DNA of 64,000 nt, from positions 514-64,513 of the forward strand of contig JANEMA010000007.1 in NCBI GenBank assembly GCA_024510845.1, written 5' to 3'. The DNA comes from Gammaproteobacteria bacterium. GTDB taxonomy: Bacteria > Pseudomonadota > Gammaproteobacteria > Chromatiales > Chromatiaceae. This document shows positions 7,718 through 20,738 of this stretch, piece after piece. The position numbers were made by a program, and so were the translations under genes. Within the stretch, counting starts at the first letter, position 1. Every line of letters starts with the position of its first letter. The notes under the pieces are model-generated. The model was not told the origin of the DNA. It saw only the letters and a list, made by a program, of their open reading frames with translations, and did no database searches.

Positions 7718-10624
7718 TCAATCGATGCCTGTCTTCTTGCGGAACATGCCCGCGAAATAGGCCTGCCAGCGGCCGCGTTTGGGATCCATGCCCGGCACCC
7801 GGCGCTGCGGCCTGAATTGCGGGAAGGTACGCCTGGGCTCGGATTCGGCAGCCTTGTAGACCTTCACCCGCACGTCGTACCAGGCGGCCTGACCAGTGAT
7901 CGGATCGGAATTGGAGATGTGTTCACCCGACTTGCAGGGCGGCAGTTCCTCGCTGATCACGTGGTTGAGCAGGAAGCCCTTCTGCGATTCGTTGGCCCTG
8001 GGTGAGAGTCCCCAGGCACCGGCGGCCTTGCCGATGGCATTCCAGGTCCAGACCGTGCCCGGCTCGACCGACTCGGAGAAACGCACCATACAGCGCACCT
8101 TGCCGTGGGGTGACTCGACCCAGATCCAGTCACCGTCCTCGAAGCCATGGGCCTCGCCCTGCTTCGGGCTGACGTACAGATAGTTGTGGGTATGGATCTG
8201 CCGCAGCCAAGCATTCTGGCTGTCCCAGGAGTGATACATGGCCATCGGGCGCTGGGTTACCGCATTGAGTGGAAACTCCTGAGTGTCGATCAGGTTGGTC
8301 TCCAGTGTCTCGTGATAGAAAGGCAGCGGGTCCATGAAGGTGATGATGCGCTGCCGCAGCCGCGCCGGTGGCTGCCTTCCCGGGCGCTTGCCCTGGGCCG
8401 CCAGACGGAACTTCTGCAACACCTCGGAATAGATGTGTACATTGATCGGCTCGGCGTAGCGGGTCATGCCATGCGACCGCGCCCACTCCAGGTAGCCCTT
8501 GTTCCAGTTGCGCATGTACTGGTACGACTTGGGCAGTTCGTAATGGAATACACAGTTGTTCTTGGCGTACATCTCCCACTGACGCGGGTTGGGCTCTCCC
8601 TTGAGGAATTTCTCGCCGCCCTTGCCACGCCAGCCGGCGAGGAAGCCGATACCGGAACCGGGCGATGTCTCGAAGTTGACGATGAAATCCGGGTAGTCAC
8701 GAAACTTGCGACTGCCGTCCTCGTCGACGAACGCCGGCAGCCTGAGCCGCGAACCCAGCTCTACCAACACGTCCTGAAAGGGCTTGCACTCACCCTTCGA
8801 CGCTACCACCGGGATACGCACTGAATCGACCGGCCCGTCATACTCGGAGATCGGCCGGTCGAGCATGGACATGGCGTCATACCGCTCCAGATAGGTGGTA
8901 TCCGGCAGCACCAGGTCGGCGAAGGCCACCGTCTCGGAGTGAAAGGCGTCGCACACGATCAGGAAGGGGATCTTGTACTCGCCGTTCTCGTCCTTGTCGA
9001 TGAGCATCTCGCGCACGTTGGCGGTATTCATCGACGAGTTCCAGGCCATGTTGGCCATGAAGAGCAACAGGGTATCGATCTTGTAGGGATCACCGCGCCA
9101 GGCATTGGTGATGGCATTGTGCATCAGACCGTGCACCGACAGGGGGTACTCCCAGGAAAAGGCCTTGTCGATGCGCAGCGGTTCGCCATCTTCGTCCACG
9201 AACAGGTCGTTGGGATCGGCCGGCCAGCCCAGCGGCATACCGTTGAGCGGCGTGTTGGGCCGTACGTCCTCACGGCTCTTCGGCGGCTTGGGGCATGGCG
9301 GGATGGGCCGCGGGAAGGGTGCCTTGTGACGGAAACCTCCCGGGGTATCGATGGTATTGAGCATGGTCATCAACACGCTCATGGCACGGATGGTCTGGAA
9401 ACCGTTGGAGTGTGCAGCCAGACCACGCATGGCGTGGAAAGCAACCGGACCGCCCTTCACGCTCTGGTGTTCCTTGCCCCAGACATCGGTCCACTGGATG
9501 GGCAGCTCTATCTTCTGATCACGCGCAGTCACACCCATCTCGTGCGCCAGACGGCGGATGGTCTCGGCGGGGATGCCGGTGATACCCTCGGCCCACTCGG
9601 GGCTGTACTCGTCCACCCGCTCCTTGAGCAGCTGGAAAGCGGTCTTCACAGGCTTGCCATCGATCTCGTACTCACCGAGCAGGAACGGATCGGCGCTTTC
9701 GCTGCGCACGTCCACCGGGCGATTGGTGACACGATCCCACCACAGCTTGTTCTGAGAGTCGAAACACCCGTCTTCCACCGAACGGTCGGTGCGGATGAAC
9801 ATGCCATAGTCGTCCGAGGCCTCGTCCAGGTTGATGAGCTCGGCGGCATTGGTGTAGTTGATGAGGAATTCGCGATCGTACAGGCCCTGGACGATCAACT
9901 CGCGGATGATGGCCAGAAACAGAGCGCCGTCGGTGCCCGGACGGATGGGCACCCACTCGTCGGCAATGGCCGAGTAACCGGTGCGCACCGGGTTGATGGA
10001 AATAAAGCGCCCGCCACGCCGCTTGAACTTGGAGATGGCGATCTTCATCGGGTTGGAGTGATGGTCCTCGGCGGTACCGATCATCACAAACAACTTGGCG
10101 CGGTCGAGATCGGGGCCGCCAAACTCCCAGAAGGAGCCGCCGATACTGTAGATCATGCCGGCAGCCATGTTGACCGAGCAGAAACCGCCGTGCGCTGCGT
10201 AGTTGGGCGTACCGAACTGCTTGGCGAACAGACCGGTCAGCGCCTGCATCTGATCACGACCGGTAAAAATGGCAAACTTGCCCGGGTCTGTCTCCCGCAG
10301 GTGAGACAGGCGCTCTTCCATGATCCCGAAGGCACGCTCCCAGGAGATGGCCTCGAAATCCGCCCTGCCCCGCTCGGCGCCCTTGCGCCGCAGCAACGGC
10401 CTGGTCAGGCGCGCTGGCGAGTACTGCTTCATGATACCCGAGGCACCCTTGGCGCAAATCACCCCCTTGTTGAGCGGATGTTCGGGGTTGCCCTCGATAT
10501 GGCGCACTTCGTCGTCACGCAAGGTGACACGGATGCCACAACGGCAGGCACACATGTAGCAGGTGGTGTGCTTGACCTCGATGCGGCCAGTCTCACTCTC
10601 TTTGTATTCAGTCGGATCCAGCAT
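7718..10624 (-). CDS. soeA: Sulfite dehydrogenase molybdopterin subunit (no Tat leader)
   Basis: TTCYMCACRCGI..C Fe-S motif, GRDQMQALTG..FGTPNYAAHGGFCSVNMA, YHSWDSQNAWLRQI; start taken at MLDPTEY. Confidence 0.92.
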   Translation of the reverse strand: MLDPTEYKESETGRIEVKHTTCYMCACRCGIRVTLRDDEVRHIEGNPEHPLNKGVICAKGASGIMKQYSPARLTRPLLRRKGAERGRADFEAISWERAFGIMEERLSHLRETDPGKFAIFTGRDQMQALTGLFAKQFGTPNYAAHGGFCSVNMAAGMIYSIGGSFWEFGGPDLDRAKLFVMIGTAEDHHSNPMKIAISKFKRRGGRFISINPVRTGYSAIADEWVPIRPGTDGALFLAIIRELIVQGLYDREFLINYTNAAELINLDEASDDYGMFIRTDRSVEDGCFDSQNKLWWDRVTNRPVDVRSESADPFLLGEYEIDGKPVKTAFQLLKERVDEYSPEWAEGITGIPAETIRRLAHEMGVTARDQKIELPIQWTDVWGKEHQSVKGGPVAFHAMRGLAAHSNGFQTIRAMSVLMTMLNTIDTPGGFRHKAPFPRPIPPCPKPPKSREDVRPNTPLNGMPLGWPADPNDLFVDEDGEPLRIDKAFSWEYPLSVHGLMHNAITNAWRGDPYKIDTLLLFMANMAWNSSMNTANVREMLIDKDENGEYKIPFLIVCDAFHSETVAFADLVLPDTTYLERYDAMSMLDRPISEYDGPVDSVRIPVVASKGECKPFQDVLVELGSRLRLPAFVDEDGSRKFRDYPDFIVNFETSPGSGIGFLAGWRGKGGEKFLKGEPNPRQWEMYAKNNCVFHYELPKSYQYMRNWNKGYLEWARSHGMTRYAEPINVHIYSEVLQKFRLAAQGKRPGRQPPARLRQRIITFMDPLPFYHETLETNLIDTQEFPLNAVTQRPMAMYHSWDSQNAWLRQIHTHNYLYVSPKQGEAHGFEDGDWIWVESPHGKVRCMVRFSESVEPGTVWTWNAIGKAAGAWGLSPRANESQKGFLLNHVISEELPPCKSGEHISNSDPITGQAAWYDVRVKVYKAAESEPRRTFPQFRPQRRVPGMDPKRGRWQAYFAGMFRKKTGID

Positions 10625-11032
10625 TCGGGTAGGCCCTGGTTGAAGGAATCTCGGAACGGTTTTACCGGGACGCCACACACGCCCAAAGAGAACATCATAA
10701 TATTCGCGTTCTCTAATTAATCAAACCCCGACAGGGCTTTCGGGGCCATATTCTACGTAACTCATTGAACAGAAAGATTTTCCTGAGTTTTCAGGGTTTT
10801 TGCAGACCGGATACCGAACATCTTTCGGATCACACGGTATCCATCCCGGTCGGACTTTCAGCCCCAGAAATAGGACTGGGCATCACGCAGGCGGCCCCGG
10901 CAATCCGTACCGGCCGGCTCGCATGCGTCAGCCAACCAGGAAACAACAGTGGAAGAAAACGGACGACAACAGGCGTGGGCGACCTCCAGGGCTTCGCTCC
11001 CTCTATTCGGCCACGGCGGGCAATTCCTGAAG

Positions 11033-11587
11033 TCAGGGCAAAACGGGATTCAAGGCACCCATGGGATCGGCAATGCGGCGCACATCCTGTCGCATACTCG
11101 AGATGTTGCCGGTCATCTGCCTCATGTTCGGCGCGATGGTGCCCACCGCCTGCTGCAGCCGAGTCATGTCCTGGTTGATCTGGTGCATGCTATCAGCCAT
11201 CGATGACATGTCCTCGCGCATCCCCGGCAGACGCTCGGTCACCTGCACCATGTGCCCGGTGATCGGTGTCATCTGCTGCATGTGGGTCTGAAAAGACACC
11301 ACGTGCCCAGCTATCAGGTTCATATCGCGATCCACCTGACCCAGTCGACTCACCATGGATTCCATGTTGCCAACGATGCGGTCCAGGTCTTTGTACAACA
11401 CCCGAACGTAGTAGAGATTGAATACCGCGAGCACAATCAACAGGATGGAAATCACCGCAATCACCGTATCGGTGATGCGAAAGTGATATTCGCGCTCGTC
11501 GAAAGTAATCTGGGTCTCGCGTCCAATACGCGCCATCACCTCGACGATGGGACGGCGGGGATCGAGTTCCGGTGGTGGCATCTCCAT
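11033..11587 (-). CDS. Single-TM protein with Met-rich heptad coiled coil, paralog 1
   Basis: TM VIAVISILLIVLAVFNLYY followed by about 15 heptads with Met at core positions. Confidence 0.8.
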   Translation of the reverse strand: MEMPPPELDPRRPIVEVMARIGRETQITFDEREYHFRITDTVIAVISILLIVLAVFNLYYVRVLYKDLDRIVGNMESMVSRLGQVDRDMNLIAGHVVSFQTHMQQMTPITGHMVQVTERLPGMREDMSSMADSMHQINQDMTRLQQAVGTIAPNMRQMTGNISSMRQDVRRIADPMGALNPVLP

Positions 11588-11602
11588 GGGGCGACTACCT
11601 GC

Positions 11603-12184
11603 TCAGGGGAAGGGGAACATGCGGTTGAACGTCCGTGCCGGCTTGGACAAGCGACGCATTTCGTGGCCCATGATACCCACCTCGCCGTTCATGCTGTGGA
11701 TGGTGGCGGCAATACCGGCCATCTCGCCCTTGACCGTCGACAATTCGCGCCGCACCCCGGCCACGTCTCCTCGCATGCGCCGCATATGGCCCTGCATCAC
11801 GGCCATCTCCTGGTCCATCTTTGCCGTCGCCTCACCAACCTGTCCCATCAGGGCCACCTGCTTCTCCATGACACCCATGGCCTGGGTGATGTTGTCCATG
11901 CGTATGGTGACCGATTCGAAATGCACGTTCATGGCGACCACCATATCGGACATGCGATTGATCTGCGAGGACAAGGTGAGCAGCAACACCAGGATGGAAA
12001 CGGCGATGCCACCGAGCAGGATGAGACCGGCACGAATGGTCCAGTTGAGCCGGTTGCCCAACTGGGTCTTCATCTCGATCTGCGCCAGCATGATGCCTTC
12101 GAAGGAGCTGAGGGCTCGCAGGTACTGGGCCTGGAGCACGCTCTCGTCGGCACTGGCCTTGAGTTCTGGCAGTTCGGATGCCAT
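11603..12184 (-). CDS. Single-TM protein with Met-rich heptad coiled coil, paralog 2
   Basis: TM AGLILLGGIAVSILVLLLTL followed by Met heptads; similar C-terminus to paralog 1. Confidence 0.8.
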   Translation of the reverse strand: MASELPELKASADESVLQAQYLRALSSFEGIMLAQIEMKTQLGNRLNWTIRAGLILLGGIAVSILVLLLTLSSQINRMSDMVVAMNVHFESVTIRMDNITQAMGVMEKQVALMGQVGEATAKMDQEMAVMQGHMRRMRGDVAGVRRELSTVKGEMAGIAATIHSMNGEVGIMGHEMRRLSKPARTFNRMFPFP

Positions 12185-12203
12185 GGATGGGTGGATTCCG
12201 GGA

Positions 12204-13226
12204 TTATTGTGGTACACAGGCGCGCCCAGCCGAGTGCACGCCCACCGTCACGGGAATGTTCGCCCAAGCATCGTCACGGGTCAAATGGCCAGGGCTTCGC
12301 CGCCTGCCATTTCCCGCTCGGCTTCCCTCACGCAATGCCGAGAGGTCCCAGCCACAACGCTTCTCCACCAGGTCGAAGAGATAGTCGTCCGACTTGAGTT
12401 TCCAGGTCAGACGCGGATCGGTATCACCCGGCTTGGGGCGCTGATCCCACAACAGGGCGGGTGAGAGGCGGCAGCGCTTGCGATAGTGCGAAGGATAACG
12501 GATCTCCGCCAGTTTCTTGCGTCCCCAAACCCTGTCGCGGCGTGGCGCCTCCCCCCGCTGCGCCACCGTGATGACCAGACCTTCGCCACGATAACGGATG
12601 CGTGGGCCGTGGCGCGCATGACGGTTGCGATTGAAGTCGATGGGCTGTTCGTCCAGCACACCATCGACAATCTCCGCGGTCGCCGCATCGAACACCACCG
12701 ATTCGCCGGTTGGCAGGTGCACACGCAGGCGATCGCCCTCGCGCACCAGCGAAGGCAACTGACGGCGTGGAAAGAAATGCAGCTCACGGAACATGTTGTC
12801 GTGACTGTAACGCTTGCTGATGCGCACATCGTCCAGCACCGACAGAAAGATTTCCTCACGCGCCCGATCCGGATACTGAAAGAGGAATTCCCGGCGTGCC
12901 CCCGTACCTTCGAGGCCCCGCGGATTGATCCGCTGCGACCCCTTGTTTACCAGGGCGAAACCGACCACTTTCTCCTCCCGACAGGGTGAATAGGTATGGA
13001 GCTTGATACCAGGTACCCGCCCCATACTGATCGCACGATCGTAACGGTAGGACTCACGCACCAGATCACGCTCGGGCGGCAGATCGCTCTTCAGCTGCTC
13101 GAATACCGTATCCACCGGCGGTTTTTGCAACGGTGGATGTGGTGGCTCGGCTTCTGGGACCTTGGGCGGTGTGCCACAGGAAGCAAGAAACAGGGTAAAG
13201 GCAAGCAGAACAGCCTTGCGTGGCAT
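12204..13226 (-). CDS. Putative lipoprotein of unknown function
   Basis: MPRKAVLLAFTLFLASC lipobox; long ORF. Confidence 0.7.
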   Translation of the reverse strand: MPRKAVLLAFTLFLASCGTPPKVPEAEPPHPPLQKPPVDTVFEQLKSDLPPERDLVRESYRYDRAISMGRVPGIKLHTYSPCREEKVVGFALVNKGSQRINPRGLEGTGARREFLFQYPDRAREEIFLSVLDDVRISKRYSHDNMFRELHFFPRRQLPSLVREGDRLRVHLPTGESVVFDAATAEIVDGVLDEQPIDFNRNRHARHGPRIRYRGEGLVITVAQRGEAPRRDRVWGRKKLAEIRYPSHYRKRCRLSPALLWDQRPKPGDTDPRLTWKLKSDDYLFDLVEKRCGWDLSALREGSRAGNGRRRSPGHLTRDDAWANIPVTVGVHSAGRACVPQ

Positions 13227-13415
13227 ATGGTCGATTCTCCATATCGTAGTGATGACCCGAACATCCAACCCTGCCAGGGTGCTCTCCACACCCTAGCAGG
13301 CATTCCCACCCAAACCTCATGACGGCTCCGACAGCCTCGCCGTGCACTATTACCACTTGGAGATACCGGAAAAGCATGTTCTTCCTGCGCTGCACCACAA
13401 GGCTCGGGAAGATCC

Positions 13416-15302
<1,887 letters not shown>

Positions 15303-15715
15303 AAAATCGGACACCTCGTTGTGAATCGGTCGCCATGTTCGCATATCCAGACCCCCGGCCTGACATCGGAGAACCCTGCCGACGAAAAAATCACCTCGTG
15401 ATCGCGAGAGGGCATCGGGCACCCCGTGAAGCATCCTCCACACTCAACAGGCAAAGGAATGCCTGCCATACAGGTACATCAGGGAATTATCACGCGAGGA
15501 TCAAAAGGGCATCTCACACGAAAACGCGCCTTCGGCAGATGACGATAGGACACGGTTGCGGCAATTTGGCACCCCAGCGTCGTCGGTGCCAACAATGCGG
15601 CCAGAGCCGTACTCGGTGGCGGCCCCTCACACGCCAGCCAGGCGGCAACCGCCCCATCCAGCCGCCGATAAGCGACCGCCGCCTCGAAACCACTCACAGG
15701 TGAGCAGGCAATTGT

Positions 15716-15916
15716 TCAATGTACCGAATCGGCGACAACCCCGTGCCGCCCACCTGGCCCACTGTTGCTGCCACCACCATCGGTGACCAGATCACCCTCG
15801 TGCAGACGGGACTTGAAATGTGCCAGGTTGCGCAACTTTTCCAGAGGCCCGGTGCGCTTGAGTGCCTTGAACAGGCGCGCACGGCTGGCGCCGGCTACCA
15901 GTACCCAGATGCTCAG
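15716..15916 (-). pseudogene. Host-attachment (AtsE/baeRF12-like) protein relic
   Basis: SIWVLVAGASRARLF...LAHFKSRLHEGDLVTDGGG; start appears as CTG after a GAAGGGGG RBS; stops after ~66 codons. Confidence 0.65.
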
Positions 15917-16093
15917 AGTCGACCCCCTTCTGAGTTTTATGGTCCTCGGGACGATGCCACAGCCCCTCTGGTAGCAGATTTGTGGACCGGCGGAATTGAT
16001 CCGCAACAAGGGGTACGCAAGATCCGCATCATTGAGCGCACTGTCGAATGCGGTACACTGATACCCGTTCGATCCATTGCACGGAACGCCCCC

Positions 16094-16633
16094 ATGCCCA
16101 GCAGGAACAGCCATCTCGCCCTCTCCGCCCTTGGCAAGGACCGTCCCGGCATCATCGACCACCTGACCCGCGCCATTCTCGATGCGGACTGCAACATCCT
16201 CGACACCCGCATGGCCGTGCTCAGTGGTGACTTTGCCATCCTGATGTCGATAGAGGCACCCTGGGACAAGCTGGCGCGGCTCGAGAGTCAGATCCCCGAA
16301 CTGCAACGCGAGCTGGGACTGACCATCATTGTCGACCGCACCGAGCCGGATCCCCGCAAGGTGGACCTGCTGCCCTACGGCGTGGATGTAGTCGCGCTGG
16401 ATCAACCCGGCATCGTGCACAATCTGGCTGCTTTCTTCTCACAGCGCAGTATCAACATAGAGGACATGACCACCAGCAGCTATGCCGCGGCGCACACCGG
16501 CACACCCATGTTCGCCGTGCGCATGACCGTGGGCATCCCTGCGACCATGCACATCACCAGCCTGCGTGAGGAATTCATGGACTTCTGCGATCAGCTGAAT
16601 CTCGATGCCGTACTCGAACCCGTCAAGGGATAA
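16094..16633 (+). CDS. gcvR: Glycine cleavage system repressor (tandem ACT domains)
   Basis: LSALGKDRPGII..CNILDTRM; VVALDQPGIVHNLAAFF. Confidence 0.9.
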   Translation: MPSRNSHLALSALGKDRPGIIDHLTRAILDADCNILDTRMAVLSGDFAILMSIEAPWDKLARLESQIPELQRELGLTIIVDRTEPDPRKVDLLPYGVDVVALDQPGIVHNLAAFFSQRSINIEDMTTSSYAAAHTGTPMFAVRMTVGIPATMHITSLREEFMDFCDQLNLDAVLEPVKG

Positions 16634-16652
16634 GAATCAAGAGGACGACCCC

Positions 16653-17126
16653 ATGTCTGTCGCCGTGAACGAACCCGTACCCGATGTCGAACTCCTGCTC
16701 ACCGGTGGCCGCCGGGCACCTCTTTCCAACTATCGAGAAAAATCACTGGTACTGTACTTCTACCCCAGGGCCAACACCCCCGGCTGTACCCGGGAAGGCC
16801 AGGACTTCGCCGAACACATCCACACGTTCCGCCGCCAGTCCTGCCACATCCTCGGCGCCTCGCGCGACAGTCTGAAAGCACAGGAAAACTTCAGGGCAAA
16901 GTTCGGCTTTCCCTTCGACTTGGTCGCCGACCCCGATGAGGTGTTGTGCGAATCCTTCGGCGTGATCAAGCCGAAGAATATGTACGGCAGGCAAGTACGC
17001 GGCATCGAGCGCAGCACCTTCCTTATCGATGCGGAGGGCGTGCTACGCCACGAGTGGCGCGGGGTGAAGGTCAATGGCCATGTGGAGGAAGTGCTCGAAG
17101 CAATCAAGGCCCTGAACCGGAACTGA
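16653..17126 (+). CDS. bcp: Peroxiredoxin Bcp
   Basis: VLYFYPRANTPGCTREGQDF; GIERSTFLID. Confidence 0.92.
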   Translation: MSVAVNEPVPDVELLLTGGRRAPLSNYREKSLVLYFYPRANTPGCTREGQDFAEHIHTFRRQSCHILGASRDSLKAQENFRAKFGFPFDLVADPDEVLCESFGVIKPKNMYGRQVRGIERSTFLIDAEGVLRHEWRGVKVNGHVEEVLEAIKALNRN

Positions 17127-17238
17127 ACCGTAGGCATCGGGTCGCATCCCGCCAAGAGGATCTTCGGGCTCGACACCAGTGTACCGATACACGCCCCACC
17201 ACGCGGTTTCGCCTTGAAGAGAAACGGAAGGTGCCGGA

Positions 17239-17727
17239 TCAGGCAACTCCCCAGAGGTAATCGCGGATCAGGGATTCGGGAAAGCCCCGGTATTGAAGAA
17301 AGCGCGCCTGTTTCGCCTGGATGCGCCGGTCGGCGGTGCGTTCGTCTCCGAAGCGTCTCCTGGCAACCTCGCGCAGACACTCGCACCAAGCACCATCTTC
17401 CAGATCCAGCCAGGCTTCGATCAGATCCCCGTCGATGCCACGCTCACGCAGTTCTGCGCGGATGCGCAACGGGCCAAAGCCCTTGCGTATACGACTGGCG
17501 ACATAGTGCTCCGTGAAGCGTTCGTCGGATACCAGGCCACACTCGACCAGTTGGTCGAGCACGGCCTGGACCGTATCTCGGTCGAAGCCACGCCCCAGCT
17601 TGTTGTGCAACTCGTGCCGACTGTGCTCGCGAACGGCGAGCAGGCGGACGGCCACCGCCTCAATCTCCACCGAGGGGTCGACCGTTTCCTCGTCATCACC
17701 GAAAGGCAGATCTCTTTCCGCGCGCAT
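17239..17727 (-). CDS. recX: RecA regulator RecX
   Basis: LLAVREHSRHEL..SDERFTE..GPLRIRAELRERGI..RFLQYRGF; directly after recA. Confidence 0.92.
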   Translation of the reverse strand: MRAERDLPFGDDEETVDPSVEIEAVAVRLLAVREHSRHELHNKLGRGFDRDTVQAVLDQLVECGLVSDERFTEHYVASRIRKGFGPLRIRAELRERGIDGDLIEAWLDLEDGAWCECLREVARRRFGDERTADRRIQAKQARFLQYRGFPESLIRDYLWGVA

Positions 17728-17733
17728 GGCCGA

Positions 17734-18768
<1,035 letters not shown>

Positions 18769-18836
18769 CAGAACTCTCCCCGAATCATTGCCCACGGAAT
18801 TTATGTGTACAGTGTAGTTTGTTCTCTTTTTGTTTT

Positions 18837-19019
18837 CTAGCCTTTTCGCCACTGCCCCCTGTAATCGGTCCGGCGTCGAAAAATACCAACACGCCAAGGA
18901 TGATATAGCGGCCATGTACCGAGACGAGACTCCAGCAACGCCCATTCACCGGCCTGCCAGTCGGCCAGCTGACCACGCACTCTCTCATCTGGCCACAAGG
19001 CAAAAAACAGACGGCTCAC
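18837..19019 (-). pseudogene. thpR: RNA 2',3'-cyclic phosphodiesterase, internally deleted
   Basis: MSRLFFALWPDERVR N-terminus joined to a C-terminal-like WALLESRL segment; no HxT motifs; usual position between pncC and recA. Confidence 0.7.
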
Positions 19020-19504
19020 AGGCGTTCGAGCAGTCCGCGCAGGGCTGCGACCACGGAAGCAGCACGCACTTGTTCGCGGTCACCGAAAAAATGCGTGCAG
19101 AGGGCCGACACGCCTGCAGGCATCCCCCAGGCCAGCCAGAGCGTGCCGACCGGTTTGCCCGACGAGCCCCCGCCCGGTCCGGCAATCCCGCTCACCGCGA
19201 TGCTGTAGCTCGCCGCGCTGCGCGTCAGGGCACCCGCCGCCATGGCCTCGACCACCGGCTGACTGACCGCACCGTGCTGTGCGATCAACACCTCGGGCAC
19301 CCCCAACAGTTCATGCTTGGCGGCATTGCTGTAGGTGACGAAACCGCGATCGAACCAGGTACTGGAACCCGCCCTGTCGGTACACACCTTGGCGATCCAT
19401 CCACCGGTGCAGGACTCGGCGGTGACCAGCAAGGCCTCACGCACGACCAGCCCTTCAGCCACATCGGCCACCAGCGCGGAAATGTCGGCATCAATGGTGT
19501 TCAT
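19016..19504 (-). CDS. pncC: NMN amidohydrolase (CinA C-terminal family)
   Basis: TAESCTGGWIA..GSSTWFDRGFVTYSNAAK..SGIAGPGGG. Confidence 0.92.
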   Translation of the reverse strand: MNTIDADISALVADVAEGLVVREALLVTAESCTGGWIAKVCTDRAGSSTWFDRGFVTYSNAAKHELLGVPEVLIAQHGAVSQPVVEAMAAGALTRSAASYSIAVSGIAGPGGGSSGKPVGTLWLAWGMPAGVSALCTHFFGDREQVRAASVVAALRGLLERL

Positions 19505-19635
19505 GGCCCTGTTTTATCACAGACACAGCCCCTCCGGACCTACGACTGTCCACACCCCGGCCCCGCGAGCGACGCATACCCCTGCTTACGGGTTAAAATC
19601 CGGCATTCCTGTCATCGACCAACGGAATCACCGCC

Positions 19636-19917
19636 ATGTCCGACAACAATATTCTGCTCGAACGCAATCCATCTCCCGCCAAGCTCGAGGTGCTGGGGGT
19701 GTACGACTGGCCGATCTGGCGCAAGAAGGCCTGTACCTTCGACTGGACCTATGCCGATCACGAGATCTGCTACATCCTGGAGGGCCGCTTCCGGGTCACA
19801 CCCGAGGGCAACGAACCGCAGGAGTTCCGACGTGGCGACCTGATCACATTCCCCGCCGGCATGAAGTGCGTGTGGGAGATCCTCGAAGACGTCGAGAAAC
19901 ACTATAACTTCGGCTGA
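19636..19917 (+). CDS. Cupin_3 (DUF861) protein
   Basis: WPIWRKKACTFDWTY..EICYILEG..GDLITFPAGMKCVW. Confidence 0.88.
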   Translation: MSDNNILLERNPSPAKLEVLGVYDWPIWRKKACTFDWTYADHEICYILEGRFRVTPEGNEPQEFRRGDLITFPAGMKCVWEILEDVEKHYNFG

Positions 19918-20106
19918 TCGGGCCATTTCCGGCCACCACGGATCACGACCTGCGCACCCTCTCCCCACATGAGCAGGACCAAGGCACAACACACTCCTGA
20001 TGAACAGGTGCTACAACGTAGTCTTGTGAGGATATTCTGAATGACAGCAGCATAAAAGCCGTACCAAACCGCCTGACTCGAAGTACTGGTCCAGATTTCC
20101 AAATGT

Positions 20107-20350
20107 ATTCGAGAGAAGCATGGCAAGCCCGTCAAAACGGCCTTCGCGGATATCCGCAAACGCATCGAGGAAAGCACCGGGTGACACGCTGTCGCGTCCG
20201 GGTTTCATGAAGAAGCGGAACAGGACCTGATCGACTCGGCGTGACGAATTACCGGAAGGTTCACTTCAAGCCGTATCGTGCCGTCTACGAGGTCATCGGG
20301 CGGGACATCTTTGTTCATTGCGTCCTGAATGGGGGGAGAAACAGCTGGTC
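20107..20350 (+). pseudogene. Fragments of a type II toxin-antitoxin pair (Phd-like tail plus RelE/ParE-like toxin)
   Basis: GKPVKTAFADIRKRIEE*; FHEEAEQDLID*; HFKPYRAVYEVIGRDIFVHCVL in different frames. Confidence 0.5.
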
Positions 20351-20514
20351 ACGCTGGACTCTGGACGGCAGCCTGTCAGGATTGAGCTCGCGCGTCTTGT
20401 GCTCATGAGATCAGGTGGACGCGACAATCTGCAGCTGCCGGCAGATTGGCTCAACCCCGTGCGCATCACGCACAGGTATCGACGAGAGATACCATCATTG
20501 AACCCACCCGATCC

Positions 20515-20738
20515 CGACGACAGGGACGAAGACTGAACCCTCGACAGCGGACGCAACCGGGAATTCCTGATTGAAGACCGGCAGACCGCGTTCCCGAAGA
20601 TAGCGGTTGATCTCTCCCATGACGGTGATGCCCTTGGTCGGTGGCGAACCGGTGCTCACAGCACCCCCGTGCATCGGGGGAACAGACGGGGATCATCTCA
20701 ACTCCGAGCGTGGCCATGGACAGGCCGAACAGATTTCT
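20515..20738 (-). mobile_element. IS481/ISNCY-type transposase fragment
   Basis: FGLSMATLGVEMIPVCSPDARGCCEHRF (cf. FGRAM.ELGIE.I.A.SPQAKGR.ER.F), then frameshifted GIT.MGEINRYLRE..FNQEF. Confidence 0.55.

Noticed and set aside
13293-13301. CTAGCAGG as an IS5 end
   Set aside because: Only 8-9 nt match, with no second end or transposase remnant.
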